Assembly (NCBI GenBank): GCA_036515815.1
Contig: DATBUS010000090.1
Coordinates: forward strand, 472-64,471
Source: Luteimonas sp.
GTDB taxonomy: Bacteria > Pseudomonadota > Gammaproteobacteria > Xanthomonadales > Xanthomonadaceae
DNA: 64,000 nt
Direction: 5' to 3'
The notes beneath the pieces were generated by a model that saw only the letters and a list, made by a program, of their open reading frames with translations, was not told the origin of the DNA and made no database searches. Positions 1 to 8,931 of this stretch are shown in pieces. Made by a program: the position numbers and the translations under genes. Every line of letters starts with the position of its first letter. Position 1 is the stretch's first letter.

Positions 1-221
1 TCTTCCGCAGTCCGCGCGATCGGGTTGGCGCGGACCGTCAGCGCATCCAGGTCGGTCACGCCATGGTCGTAGTCGTGGTCATGCGCATGGTCGCCGGCGT
101 CGCCGCCATCCTGGGCCGCGGCCGGCAGCGCAGCGAGGGAGAGCAGGAGCGCGATCGCCAGGGCGGCGGGGCGGGGACGGGGATGGACCGGCGTTGGGAG
201 CGTCTGGATCGGGGAGGGCAT
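1..221 (-). CDS. TonB-dependent receptor, 5' part only (runs off window start); His-rich N-terminus suggests metal/zinc uptake
   Basis: Hand translation from ATG at 221: MPSPIQTLPTPVHPRPRPAALAIALLLSLAALPAAAQDGGDAGDHAHDHDYDHGVTDLDALTVRANPIARTAE = signal peptide, His/Asp patch, TonB-box-like DLDALTVRA. Not in the ORF track because it is truncated. Confidence 0.75.
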   Translation of the reverse strand, partial: MPSPIQTLPTPVHPRPRPAALAIALLLSLAALPAAAQDGGDAGDHAHDHDYDHGVTDLDALTVRANPIARTAE

Positions 222-247
222 CGGAAGACTCGTGCAGGGGACTGTTT

Positions 248-268
248 GGAATGTTATATTGTTTCAAC
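248..268. promoter_or_regulatory. Candidate Zur (zinc uptake regulator) box in divergent promoter
   Basis: GGAATGTTATATTGTTTCAAC: left arm AATGTTATA matches the proteobacterial Zur consensus arm, right arm is degenerate. AT-rich island in ~70% GC DNA, between a His-rich TonB receptor and a MerC-domain gene. Confidence 0.65.
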
Positions 269-291
269 CAGCGCGCCACCCCACGGAAGTC

Positions 292-693
292 ATGGCCACA
301 TCGTGCAAGCTCAACCGGGCCGACCGCATCGGTTTCGCCGCGTCCTTCCTGTGCGCGTTGCACTGCGCACTGCTGCCGCTGGCGCTCGCGCTGATGCCCA
401 CGCTGGGCCTGTCGGTGGGTGGCTGGGTCGACATCGACCAGGCCGTGACCGTCTTCGCGACCCTGCTGGGGTGCACGACGCTTGCGATCGGCTGGCGCCG
501 GCATCGGGCCTTCCGGGCCTGGATGCTGCTGCTACCGGGCCTGGTCCTGGTCTGGGTGGGCGCCTTCAGCCCGCTCCACGACCATGGCCCGCTGCACGCC
601 GGGCTCATGACCGCGGGCGGGCTGATGATCGCCGGCGCACACCTCCTCAACCTGCGCCTGACCCACGCCGCGGCGGCGCGCCAGACGGCGTGA
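292..693 (+). CDS. MerC domain-containing membrane protein
   Basis: DRIGFAASFLCALHCALLP motif typical of the MerC family; four hydrophobic segments; His-containing loops. Start moved to ATG 292. Confidence 0.85.
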   Translation: MATSCKLNRADRIGFAASFLCALHCALLPLALALMPTLGLSVGGWVDIDQAVTVFATLLGCTTLAIGWRRHRAFRAWMLLLPGLVLVWVGAFSPLHDHGPLHAGLMTAGGLMIAGAHLLNLRLTHAAAARQTA

Positions 694-771
694 AATCCGC
701 GCCCGTGCTAGGATGCGCGCCCTGTGGCGGGCATGCGCGCGCCAATCGAACGACACATCCAGGAGCAACAG

Positions 772-960
772 ATGGGCAAGGGCGACCGCAAGACGGCCAA
801 GGGCAAGCGCTACAACTCCAGCTACGGCAACTCGCGCAGCAAGGCCACCGAGAAGGCCACCGGCACCTCCGCGGCACCGGTCGCGAAGAAGGCCGCGGCC
901 AGGACCGTCGCCAAGGCGCCGGCCAAGAAGGTCGTGGCCAAGAAGACCGCTGCGAACTGA
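772..960 (+). CDS. 30S ribosomal protein Thx (bS31) with Lys/Ala-rich tail
   Basis: MGKGDRKTAKGKRYNSSYGNSR is the Thx-family signature; SD AGGAG upstream; tail rich in KKAA/PAKK. Confidence 0.85.
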   Translation: MGKGDRKTAKGKRYNSSYGNSRSKATEKATGTSAAPVAKKAAARTVAKAPAKKVVAKKTAAN

Positions 961-1010
961 TCCCTCCGGGGAGCGCCGCCCGCGGCCACGGCCGCGATGC
1001 CGCGGCGACG

Positions 1011-1042
1011 CGAAGCCCCGCCAGTGCGGGGCTTCGTCGTTT
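1011..1042. terminator. Intrinsic terminator hairpin between convergent thx and dipeptidase genes
   Basis: CGAAGCCCCGC-CAGT-GCGGGGCTTCG followed by TCGTTT. Confidence 0.7.
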
Positions 1043-1083
1043 CAGGCGTCGATGCCCCACGCGCGGGTGTCCCCGCGCGGATC

Positions 1084-2301
1084 TCAGGGAGTAGCCGCGC
1101 CGGCCTCGATCGCGGCCCACACGCGCATCAGGTTGCCGCCCAGGATCTTGCGGATGTCGGCGTCCGAGTGGCCACGCGCCTGCAGGCCCGCGATCAGGTT
1201 CGGAAAGTCGGCCACGGTGCGCAGGCCCTCCGGCAGTTCGCCGTCCACGCCGTCGAAATCCGAGCCGATGCCGACGTGGTCCACGCCGATCAGCTTCACC
1301 GCGTAATCGATCTGGTCGAGCACGTCGCTGATCGGAGCCTCCACCTTCGGATGGTCGGCGGCCCATTGCGCTTCGAAGGCCTTGCGGTCCAGCGCCGGCT
1401 CGCCGGCCGCGACCCGCTCGGCATTGCGCCGGTCGAAGGCCAGGGACTCGCGGAACCAGTCGCGGGTATTGGCCGCCGCCACCGGGTTCACGAACGCGGT
1501 GCCGAACGGGATCTGCACCACGCCGCCCTTCGACGCGATCAGCTTCGCGAGTTCGTCGCTGAGGTTGCGCTCGAAATCGGGCGTGAAGTGGCGCAGGGCC
1601 GAATGGCTGGCGATGACAGGCACGCGGCTCAGCGCCACGGCCTGGCGCACGGCCTCGTCCGAGACGTGCGAGACATCGACCATGATGCCGAGCCGGTTCA
1701 TCTCGGCGATCACCTCGCGGCCGAACGGACTCAGGCCGTTCCAGCGCTTCTCCACCGTGTACGAGGAATCGGCGATGCGATTGTTGCCGCTGTGCGCGAG
1801 CGTGATGTAGCGGATGCCGCGCTCGTGGAAGAAGGCGAGCTGGGCGAGGTCGTCGCCGATCGGGCCCCCGTTCTCCATGCCCAGCGGCAGCAGCACGCGC
1901 CCGCCTTCGAGCAGGCGCTCGGCGTCGCCGGGCGAGGTGAGGATCGCGAAGCGGTTTGGATGGCGCGCGACCAGCGCCTCCATGGCGTCGATCTGGGCAT
2001 TGGCCGCCTGCCACGCCGTGCCGGCCTCGTCCTGGCGCGCCGAGGTGTAGATCGACATGAAGGCCACGTCCAGTCCGCCCTCGCGCGCCCGCGGGTAGTC
2101 GAACTCGCGGTCGGGCGCGGCCTCGCCCAGGTCGGCCCAGCCCGACACCAGCACGCCGGGTGCGTCGATATGGGTATCGACGATCAGGGCGTCCTGCGCC
2201 AGCGCGCGCGCGGCGTCGGTGGCCTGTGCCAGGGCGGTGGCGGGCAGCGCGAGCGCGGCCAGGGCGAGTGCCAGGGTGTGTCGGCGGAAGCGTCGGGACA
2301 T
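1084..2301 (-). CDS. Exported membrane (renal-type, M19) dipeptidase
   Basis: Motifs DTHID, LGMENG, DVSHVS, SHS, VGIGSDFDG, ILGGN; N-terminal signal peptide MSRRFRRHTLALALAALALPATALA. Confidence 0.9.
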   Translation of the reverse strand: MSRRFRRHTLALALAALALPATALAQATDAARALAQDALIVDTHIDAPGVLVSGWADLGEAAPDREFDYPRAREGGLDVAFMSIYTSARQDEAGTAWQAANAQIDAMEALVARHPNRFAILTSPGDAERLLEGGRVLLPLGMENGGPIGDDLAQLAFFHERGIRYITLAHSGNNRIADSSYTVEKRWNGLSPFGREVIAEMNRLGIMVDVSHVSDEAVRQAVALSRVPVIASHSALRHFTPDFERNLSDELAKLIASKGGVVQIPFGTAFVNPVAAANTRDWFRESLAFDRRNAERVAAGEPALDRKAFEAQWAADHPKVEAPISDVLDQIDYAVKLIGVDHVGIGSDFDGVDGELPEGLRTVADFPNLIAGLQARGHSDADIRKILGGNLMRVWAAIEAGAATP

Positions 2302-2423
2302 CGGGCGGATCCTCTGGTGTTGGAAAGGTCGGAGCCGGGCCGCGGCCGTGGCGCCGGCGCGCGCGTCGGACAATGACCGGTGCGGGAGAAGGGCGCGCCA
2401 GGACGTGCCGCTGGGGCGGACCG

Positions 2424-3647
2424 TCACGCCAGTCGGCGCCCTGCGCAGTGCACCGACTCCACCAGCGCGCCACCCAGCCAGTAGCAGAGTGCGGCGGGCT
2501 CATGCACGCGCCAGCGCACGAAGTCGGCGCGCAGGCCTGTCCGCAGCACGCCGCGGTCGTCGAGCCCCAGCGCGCGCGCGGCGTGGAGGGTGGCACCCCG
2601 CAGCGCTTCCGCGGGCGTGAGCCGGAAGTGCGTGCACGCCAGCTGCATCGCCTGGCGCAGTGACATCAGCGGCGAGGTCCCCGGATTGCAGTCGGTGGCG
2701 ACGGCCATGGCGACGCCGGCGGCACGGAAGGCATCGATGGGCGGTGGCGTGGTCTCGCGCAGGACGTGGAAGGCACCGGGCAGCAGCACGGCGACGGTGC
2801 CGGCCGCGGCCATCGCCTGCACGCCTTCGGCTGACGTGTGCTCGACATGGTCGGCCGAGAGCCCGCCGAACTCCGCGACCAGGGCCGCGCCGTCGCCATT
2901 GCTGAGCTGGTCGGCATGCAGCTTCACCGGAAGCCCGAGCGTGCGCGCGACGTCGAACACGCGGCGCGTCTGCAGGGGAGTGAATCCGATGCGCTCGCAG
3001 AAGGCATCGACGGCATCAACCAGGCCTTCTGAGTGCAACCGCGGCAGCCAGGCGCAGACCGCATCGATATACGCATCGGCATCGCCTGCATGTTCCGGCG
3101 GCAGCGCATGCGCGCCGAGGAAGGTGGTGCGGACCGGGACTCCAAGTGTTTTGCCCAGCCGCCGCGCCACGCGCAGCATCTTGCGCTCATTGTCGAAATC
3201 CAGCCCGTAGCCCGACTTCACCTCGAGCGTGGTCACGCCATCGGCAACGAGCGCGCGCGCACGCGGCAGCGACTCCGCCAGCAGTGCGTCCTCGCCGGCC
3301 GCGCGCGTGGCCGTCACCGTGGATACGATGCCGCCACCGGCGCGCGCGATGTCCTCGTAGCTCGCGCCCGACAGCCGCTGCTCGAACTCGCCGGCGCGGT
3401 CACCGGCGAACACCAGGTGCGTGTGGCAATCGACCAGGCCGGGCGTGACCAGGTCACCGCCGCAATCGATGACCTCGCGGGCCAGTTGCGCTGGCGCTGC
3501 AGGAAGATCGGCCATCGCGCCGGCGTAGACGATGCGCCCGTCGTGCCAGCCCAGCGCGCCGTCGTCGACGAGTCCATGGCCCTCGACCGTATCCAGCGTC
3601 GCCAGGCGCGCGCCGACAAGCAATCCATCCCAGTGCTCAGCGGCCAT
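2424..3647 (-). CDS. hutI: Imidazolonepropionase
   Basis: [51 protein letters not shown] motifs. Confidence 0.95.
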   Translation of the reverse strand: MAAEHWDGLLVGARLATLDTVEGHGLVDDGALGWHDGRIVYAGAMADLPAAPAQLAREVIDCGGDLVTPGLVDCHTHLVFAGDRAGEFEQRLSGASYEDIARAGGGIVSTVTATRAAGEDALLAESLPRARALVADGVTTLEVKSGYGLDFDNERKMLRVARRLGKTLGVPVRTTFLGAHALPPEHAGDADAYIDAVCAWLPRLHSEGLVDAVDAFCERIGFTPLQTRRVFDVARTLGLPVKLHADQLSNGDGAALVAEFGGLSADHVEHTSAEGVQAMAAAGTVAVLLPGAFHVLRETTPPPIDAFRAAGVAMAVATDCNPGTSPLMSLRQAMQLACTHFRLTPAEALRGATLHAARALGLDDRGVLRTGLRADFVRWRVHEPAALCYWLGGALVESVHCAGRRLA

Positions 3648-3750
3648 GGCGGGTTCCGGCGGAAACGGCGTCGTGCGGATGCGGCATGAGGCGGACCTCG
3701 TCTGGCGTCGACGCGGTAGCCTATCGCACCCTCCGCCGGATCGCCCCGCC

Positions 3751-5013
3751 ATGACCGCACGTGAAGCCCGCGATGACGCCACCCTGGTCCAGCAGGTCGA
3801 TGGTGGCTGGCGCCTGCCGGGGATCGCGAACCTGCACTCGCACGCCTTCCAGCGCGCCATGGCCGGCCTGGCCGAGCGCCAGACCCACGCGGAGGATTCG
3901 TTCTGGACCTGGCGCGACACCATGTACCGCATGGCCGCGTGCTTCGATCCCGATACGCTGCATGCGGTCGCGCGCCAGCTCTATGTCGAGATGCTGGAAG
4001 CGGGCTACACCACGGTCTGCGAGTTCCACTACCTCCACCACGCGCCTGACGGCCGTCCCTACGCCGATCCCGCGGCGATGTCGCGCGCACTCGTCCAGGC
4101 CGCCCGCGACACCGGTATCCGTCTTCTCCTGCTGCCGGTCCTCTACATGACCGGTGGCTTCGACCGCCGCCCGCTCGGCGGGCACCAGACCCGATTCGGC
4201 CACGATGTCGATGCCTACCTGCGCCTGCTGGAAACCCTGCGCGCCGGGGAGGACGGGATGCTCCGTGTCGGCTGTGCCCTGCACAGCCTGCGTGCGGTTC
4301 CACCCGATGCCATGCAGGCGGTGCTCGCCGCCCTGCCTGACGACACGCGCATCCACGTCCACATCGCCGAGCAGGTGGGCGAGGTGCAGGACTGTCTCGC
4401 CGTCCGCGATGCACGACCCGTGGAGTGGTTGCTGGCGAACACCGCGGTCGACGCGCGCTGGACCCTGGTGCACGCCACCCATCTCGACGACCGGGAAGTG
4501 GCCGGCATCGCGGACAGCGGTGCCACCGTGGCCATCTGCCCGACCACCGAGGCCAACCTCGGCGATGGCCTGTTCCGGCTGCGCGATTACCTCGATGCCG
4601 GTGGTGCCTGGGGCATCGGCTCGGATTCGCACGTGTCGGTGTCGCCGGTGGAGGAACTGCGTTGGCTCGAATACGGCCAGCGCCTGCTGCGGCAGCGTCG
4701 CAACATCGCCGTCTCGGCTGCAGTGCCCAGCGTCGGCGGCGCCCTGCTCGGGGGCGCGCTGGCCAGCGCCACCAAGGCCACCGGATTCGCGGACACCGGT
4801 GACACAATCATCCTGGATGCCGCATCCCCGCTGCTCGCCGGCGCGACCACGGCCGACGTGGCCGACCGCTGGATCTTCAGCGGCAATCGCCCTGCGGTGC
4901 GCGAGGTGGAGGTGGCCGGCCGACGCGTGGTGGCCGATGGCCGGCACGCCGCACACGACAAGGCGCTCGCCGGCTACCGCAGCGCCGTCGCGACCCTGCT
5001 ACGGGACATGTAG
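3751..5013 (+). CDS. hutF: Formimidoylglutamate deiminase
   Basis: [36 protein letters not shown]-like [23 protein letters not shown]. Divergent from hutI. Confidence 0.93.
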   Translation: MTAREARDDATLVQQVDGGWRLPGIANLHSHAFQRAMAGLAERQTHAEDSFWTWRDTMYRMAACFDPDTLHAVARQLYVEMLEAGYTTVCEFHYLHHAPDGRPYADPAAMSRALVQAARDTGIRLLLLPVLYMTGGFDRRPLGGHQTRFGHDVDAYLRLLETLRAGEDGMLRVGCALHSLRAVPPDAMQAVLAALPDDTRIHVHIAEQVGEVQDCLAVRDARPVEWLLANTAVDARWTLVHATHLDDREVAGIADSGATVAICPTTEANLGDGLFRLRDYLDAGGAWGIGSDSHVSVSPVEELRWLEYGQRLLRQRRNIAVSAAVPSVGGALLGGALASATKATGFADTGDTIILDAASPLLAGATTADVADRWIFSGNRPAVREVEVAGRRVVADGRHAAHDKALAGYRSAVATLLRDM

Positions 5014-5072
5014 GGACGGCGCTCCGCGCCCGATCCGCAGGACCAGACGCAGGGCGGCCAGGCGGTCGGCAA

Positions 5073-5993
5073 TCAGACGATCGGCGGCGCCACCGCACGC
5101 CAGGCGTTCGCGATGACCGAGGTCACCGCCGAGAACACCTCCTGCAGCACGCGCTCGACCGGATCGACGAACTCCAGCCGGTACGAGGCCTGGGCCTCGA
5201 TCTGTGCCTTCAAGGGCGCGATGTTGTGCGCATCGGGAATGTTGGAAAGCCCGGCCGGGTTGTTGAACTGGATGTGCGTGCCGAGCGTGTCGGGCAGCAT
5301 GTCGAAGATCGGCATCTGGCGCTGCACGAAGGTCGCGAAATCGCCGTCGATGCTGTAGTGGCGCATCTGCCCCTGGTCGGCACGGTGGCGCGTCACCACC
5401 GGATCGAGGCCATGCTGGCGCAGAACGTTGTCGTGGATGCCCTGGGCGCTGAAGGTCACCGCGGTACTGCCGGTGGCCGCGGCGGCGAGCGAGGCCAGCC
5501 CGCCGCCCAGCGAATGGCCGGTATAGACCACGTTGTCGCCGCCGAACGCGTTCTCCGCCTGGTGCGCCAGCGCCACCGCATTGTCGTACTGCCGGGTCTG
5601 GAAGCCGGCCGACTGCGCGATCACCGTGCCCACGTCTTCCACGCCGCCAGTGTCGTTGCCGGCGTAGGCCACCACGAAGCGGCCGTTGCCATCGGTGTAG
5701 ACGCCGGCTTCCATGCCATTCGCATAGAGCAGGCCGGCGTCGATGCCGGCCGCGGCCAGCTCGCCGTCACCCATGCGCTGCCAGCCCGGAGCGTCGCCGC
5801 GCGCATAGACGGCACCGGCGATGTCGGCCATCGCGCCATCGAAGCCCCAGTGCGGCTGTGCACCGCTGACCGACTGGTCGAAGCCGGCATCGCGCGGCGC
5901 GACATGCCCGCGCGACGGATTCAGCTCCGCCTGGATCTGGCGGAAGAACTGGTCGGCGGCGCGCATGGCGTCCTGGATGATCGGCTGCAGCAT
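5073..5993 (-). CDS. Alpha/beta-hydrolase phospholipase/lipase (Lipase_3/DUF2974-like), no signal peptide
   Basis: Nucleophile elbow YTGHSLGGGLAS; upstream VVAYAGND; candidate Asp (IDGDF) and His (DAHNI). Confidence 0.8.
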   Translation of the reverse strand: MLQPIIQDAMRAADQFFRQIQAELNPSRGHVAPRDAGFDQSVSGAQPHWGFDGAMADIAGAVYARGDAPGWQRMGDGELAAAGIDAGLLYANGMEAGVYTDGNGRFVVAYAGNDTGGVEDVGTVIAQSAGFQTRQYDNAVALAHQAENAFGGDNVVYTGHSLGGGLASLAAAATGSTAVTFSAQGIHDNVLRQHGLDPVVTRHRADQGQMRHYSIDGDFATFVQRQMPIFDMLPDTLGTHIQFNNPAGLSNIPDAHNIAPLKAQIEAQASYRLEFVDPVERVLQEVFSAVTSVIANAWRAVAPPIV

Positions 5994-6191
5994 CGGATGG
6001 GCCTCGTGGTCCTGGAGTCCGAGCGAGTCTCCGGGCCGGCAGCGCGGGCGGACAAGCTGGGGACGGGCCTAGGTGCGGCCGCCGTCGCGGAACCGCGGCG
6101 CATGGGGATTGCCCCATGTGGCGTCCCCCGGGGGGCTGTGGTCCCGTGGCCGGAGCAGGGGGCCACGAACGAGAGCGGGAAGGGAGATTCC

Positions 6192-8315
6192 ATGGACAAG
6201 TTGAAGTTGCCGGCCGCGTTGCTGCTGGCCGCCGCGGCGCTGGGCAGCGGTACGGTCCACGCCGGGAAGCAGGACAGCGCGATGGCAGCCGAGGCGCGGG
6301 CGCTCGAACGGGAGCAGCGCGCGGCCGTCGCCCTGCAGGCCAGGGAGCGCGCTACCTATCCCGCGTATTTCGAACGCGCCTACGAACGGTTTCCATCGTT
6401 GCCCCGCGGCGTGCTCGAAGCCATTGCCTACGCGGAAACCAACTGGACGCACGCCACGCCGGACCCGCACGAGACGTCAGGGCATCGCCACATGCCGGCA
6501 TCGCACGGCGTGATGGGGCTTTATCGCGGCGAGGGCTTCGCCAACCAGGTCGCCCAGGGCGCGAAGCTGCTCGGCGTCAGCGAGCGCCTGGTGATGCTGG
6601 ACCCGGAAACCAACATCCTGGCAGCCGCAGCCCTGCTGGCACAGGCCGCGAAAGCCGATGGCCATTCCGGCCGCGCAGGCGACGGCGTCGAGGCGATGGC
6701 CGGTGCCCTGGCCCGCTATGCCGGCTACGGGAACGGCGACGGCAATATCCAGGGTTTCGCGCGCCAGAGCTTCGCCTACGAGGTGTTGCAGACGCTGGCG
6801 CGTGGGGTGGATGCCGACGGCATCCGCATCCCGGCGATGCCGGTGGAGATGGCACGCGCATTTTCGCGCGAGCGGCTGGCCCTGCTGTCGGCGCCCGCGC
6901 TGCGGATGGATCATGCCGCGGACTCGATCACCGCTTTCGACGAGCCCGCGGCCGTGGCCGCCCCGGTGCCGACGACGAAGCCCGGCAACATCGGCCGCGC
7001 CGCGCTGGATTTCGGCGAGGCGATCTGGAATCCAGCGCACTCGAGCAACTACAGCAGTGCCGGCAACAGCCGTTCGGCGGTGATCATGCACACCATCGAA
7101 GGCAGCTATGCAGGCGGCATCTCCTGGTTCCAGAACCCGGCGGCGAACGTGTCCGCGCACTACGTGATCCGGCGTTCTGACGGTCAGATCACCCAGATGG
7201 TGCGCGAGCACCACCAGGCCTGGCACGCCGCGTACCACAACCACTACACGATCGGCATCGAGCACGATGGCCGCGCCGCCGACGCCGGAAACTGGACCAC
7301 GGCGATGGTGAATGCCTCGGCGCGCCTTACCCGCAGCATCTGCGCACGCCAGCCGGTCAACTGCGCGTCGGCCTGGCAGGGCCCCGGCTATGACCACTGG
7401 CGCGTCGTGCCCGACAGCGTGCGCATCAAGGGCCACGGCATGCTGACCAGCAACCAGAACCGCTACGACCCGGGGCGCTATTTCCCCTGGGCCAACTTCT
7501 ACACGCTGATCAACAACGGTGCCCCGCCGCCGGCGGCCACGCCCACCTACACCGTCGATACCTGGGCCGCCGCCCCGGGCTTCCCGTCGCCGACCAGCAC
7601 GGCACGCAGCGGCACGCTGAACCAGGGCACGCACTACGTGTACTGCAAGACCTGGGGCCGGGAGATCCGCAACGGGGGAGATTTCAACCGCTGGTGGCTC
7701 AAGACCGACCTCGACGTCGGTCCGGCCAACCAGTACGTCTCGGCCTATTACCTCTCGCGCTGGGGCAATGACGAGGCCCGCGACAATGCCGGCTACGACC
7801 TTCCGCGCTGCGAGGTCCTCCCGCACGGTGCGATCGGCGCCAAGTACTACGCGATGGGCGGCGTGCGCAGCCACCTGGGCGTGCCCGAGCTCGCCGAGGC
7901 CGCGGCGCAGCTGGGCGGCCGCTTCCAGCAGTTCCGCAACGGCATGATCCTGTGGCATTCGCGAACCGGCGCCTTCGCCGTGCATGGCCGGATCCTCGAC
8001 CGCTTCCGCGGCAGCGGCTCCGAAACGCGCTGGGGTTTCGCCATGATCGACGAGCTCGACGCGGCCGTGTCGCCGGTGTCAGGCCAGCGCGGCAAGTTCC
8101 AGTACTTCGAGAACGGCCTGTTCCTGTGGACCCCGGCCACCGGTGCGCACCCGATCCACGGCGCGATTCTGGCGCACTTCGAGAACAACGGCCGCGAGGC
8201 GGCGTTCGGCTACCCGCTGGCCGCCGAAGAGGCGCATGGCAGCAACGGCCGCAAGCAGCGCTTCGAACGGCGCACCCTCTTCTGGACGCCAGAGCGGGGC
8301 ACCTGGAGCGAATAA
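6192..8315 (+). CDS. Secreted multidomain N-acetylmuramoyl-L-alanine amidase: signal peptide, lysozyme/SLT-like domain, CwhA-type Amidase_2, SH3-like domain, 3 LGFP repeats
   Basis: SD GGGAG and ATG 6192; signal peptide ending VHA; AIAYAETNW...GVMGL...DPETNI (SLT-like); IMHTIEG...SAHYVI...AWHA...IGIEHDG...KGHG...RYDPG (Amidase_2 zinc ligands); C-terminal repeats LGVP/WGFA/FGYP with Q.F.NG...W. Confidence 0.88.
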   Translation: MDKLKLPAALLLAAAALGSGTVHAGKQDSAMAAEARALEREQRAAVALQARERATYPAYFERAYERFPSLPRGVLEAIAYAETNWTHATPDPHETSGHRHMPASHGVMGLYRGEGFANQVAQGAKLLGVSERLVMLDPETNILAAAALLAQAAKADGHSGRAGDGVEAMAGALARYAGYGNGDGNIQGFARQSFAYEVLQTLARGVDADGIRIPAMPVEMARAFSRERLALLSAPALRMDHAADSITAFDEPAAVAAPVPTTKPGNIGRAALDFGEAIWNPAHSSNYSSAGNSRSAVIMHTIEGSYAGGISWFQNPAANVSAHYVIRRSDGQITQMVREHHQAWHAAYHNHYTIGIEHDGRAADAGNWTTAMVNASARLTRSICARQPVNCASAWQGPGYDHWRVVPDSVRIKGHGMLTSNQNRYDPGRYFPWANFYTLINNGAPPPAATPTYTVDTWAAAPGFPSPTSTARSGTLNQGTHYVYCKTWGREIRNGGDFNRWWLKTDLDVGPANQYVSAYYLSRWGNDEARDNAGYDLPRCEVLPHGAIGAKYYAMGGVRSHLGVPELAEAAAQLGGRFQQFRNGMILWHSRTGAFAVHGRILDRFRGSGSETRWGFAMIDELDAAVSPVSGQRGKFQYFENGLFLWTPATGAHPIHGAILAHFENNGREAAFGYPLAAEEAHGSNGRKQRFERRTLFWTPERGTWSE

Positions 8316-8459
8316 GGGCGCCGATCCACGGCGGCCGGCGCAACGCCGGCCGCCGTTAGCGCAGGCATGATGTCCGGCCGCGCGCGGCGGCCGATGAAAA
8401 TTTCCGCCGGCCTTTGCGACAAATCCTTTCGAGACCCAGCAGAAAGGCTTCCGCTCCGG

Positions 8460-8930
8460 ATGGACAGGGAAACGGCGTTCACCGCCATGGTCGAGGACAA
8501 CCGCGGCGCACTCGTGCGCCTGGCGCGGCGCTATGCCGGCCCCGACGACTGGCAGGACCTGCTGCAGGAGATGCAGCTCCAGCTCTGGCGCAGCTTCGAC
8601 AGCTTCGATGGCCGCGCGCAGCGCTCCACCTGGTTGTACCGCGTTGCCCTCAATACCGCCCTCAGCCACGTGCGCAAGCCGCGCCGCGAACACCATGCGC
8701 TCGACGAGGTGCCGGAACCGGGCGATGGCGGCCACGCCGGCGACCCGCTGGCCTTGCTCGATGCCTTCCTGGCCATGCTCGACCCGGTCCAGCGCAGCGT
8801 GCTGCTGCTGGACCTGGAAGGCCTGCCGCGTGAGCAGGTGGCCGAGGTGCTGGGACTGAGCGTCAACGCGGTGGCCGTGCGCATGACACGCCTGCGGCAG
8901 CTGTTCGAACAACGTTTCCTGGAGGAGTGA
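8460..8930 (+). CDS. ECF RNA polymerase sigma factor
   Basis: Region 2 DLLQEMQLQLWRS...STWLYRVALNTA; region 4 L...QRSVLLL...EQVAEVLGLSVNAVAVRMTR. Confidence 0.92.
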   Translation: MDRETAFTAMVEDNRGALVRLARRYAGPDDWQDLLQEMQLQLWRSFDSFDGRAQRSTWLYRVALNTALSHVRKPRREHHALDEVPEPGDGGHAGDPLALLDAFLAMLDPVQRSVLLLDLEGLPREQVAEVLGLSVNAVAVRMTRLRQLFEQRFLEE

Positions 8931-8931
8931 C

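Noticed and set aside
292-693. Mercury resistance locus
   Set aside because: Only a MerC-domain gene is present; no merA, merP, merT or adjacent merR (the MerR-family gene at 31583 is the conserved ihfA-linked one).
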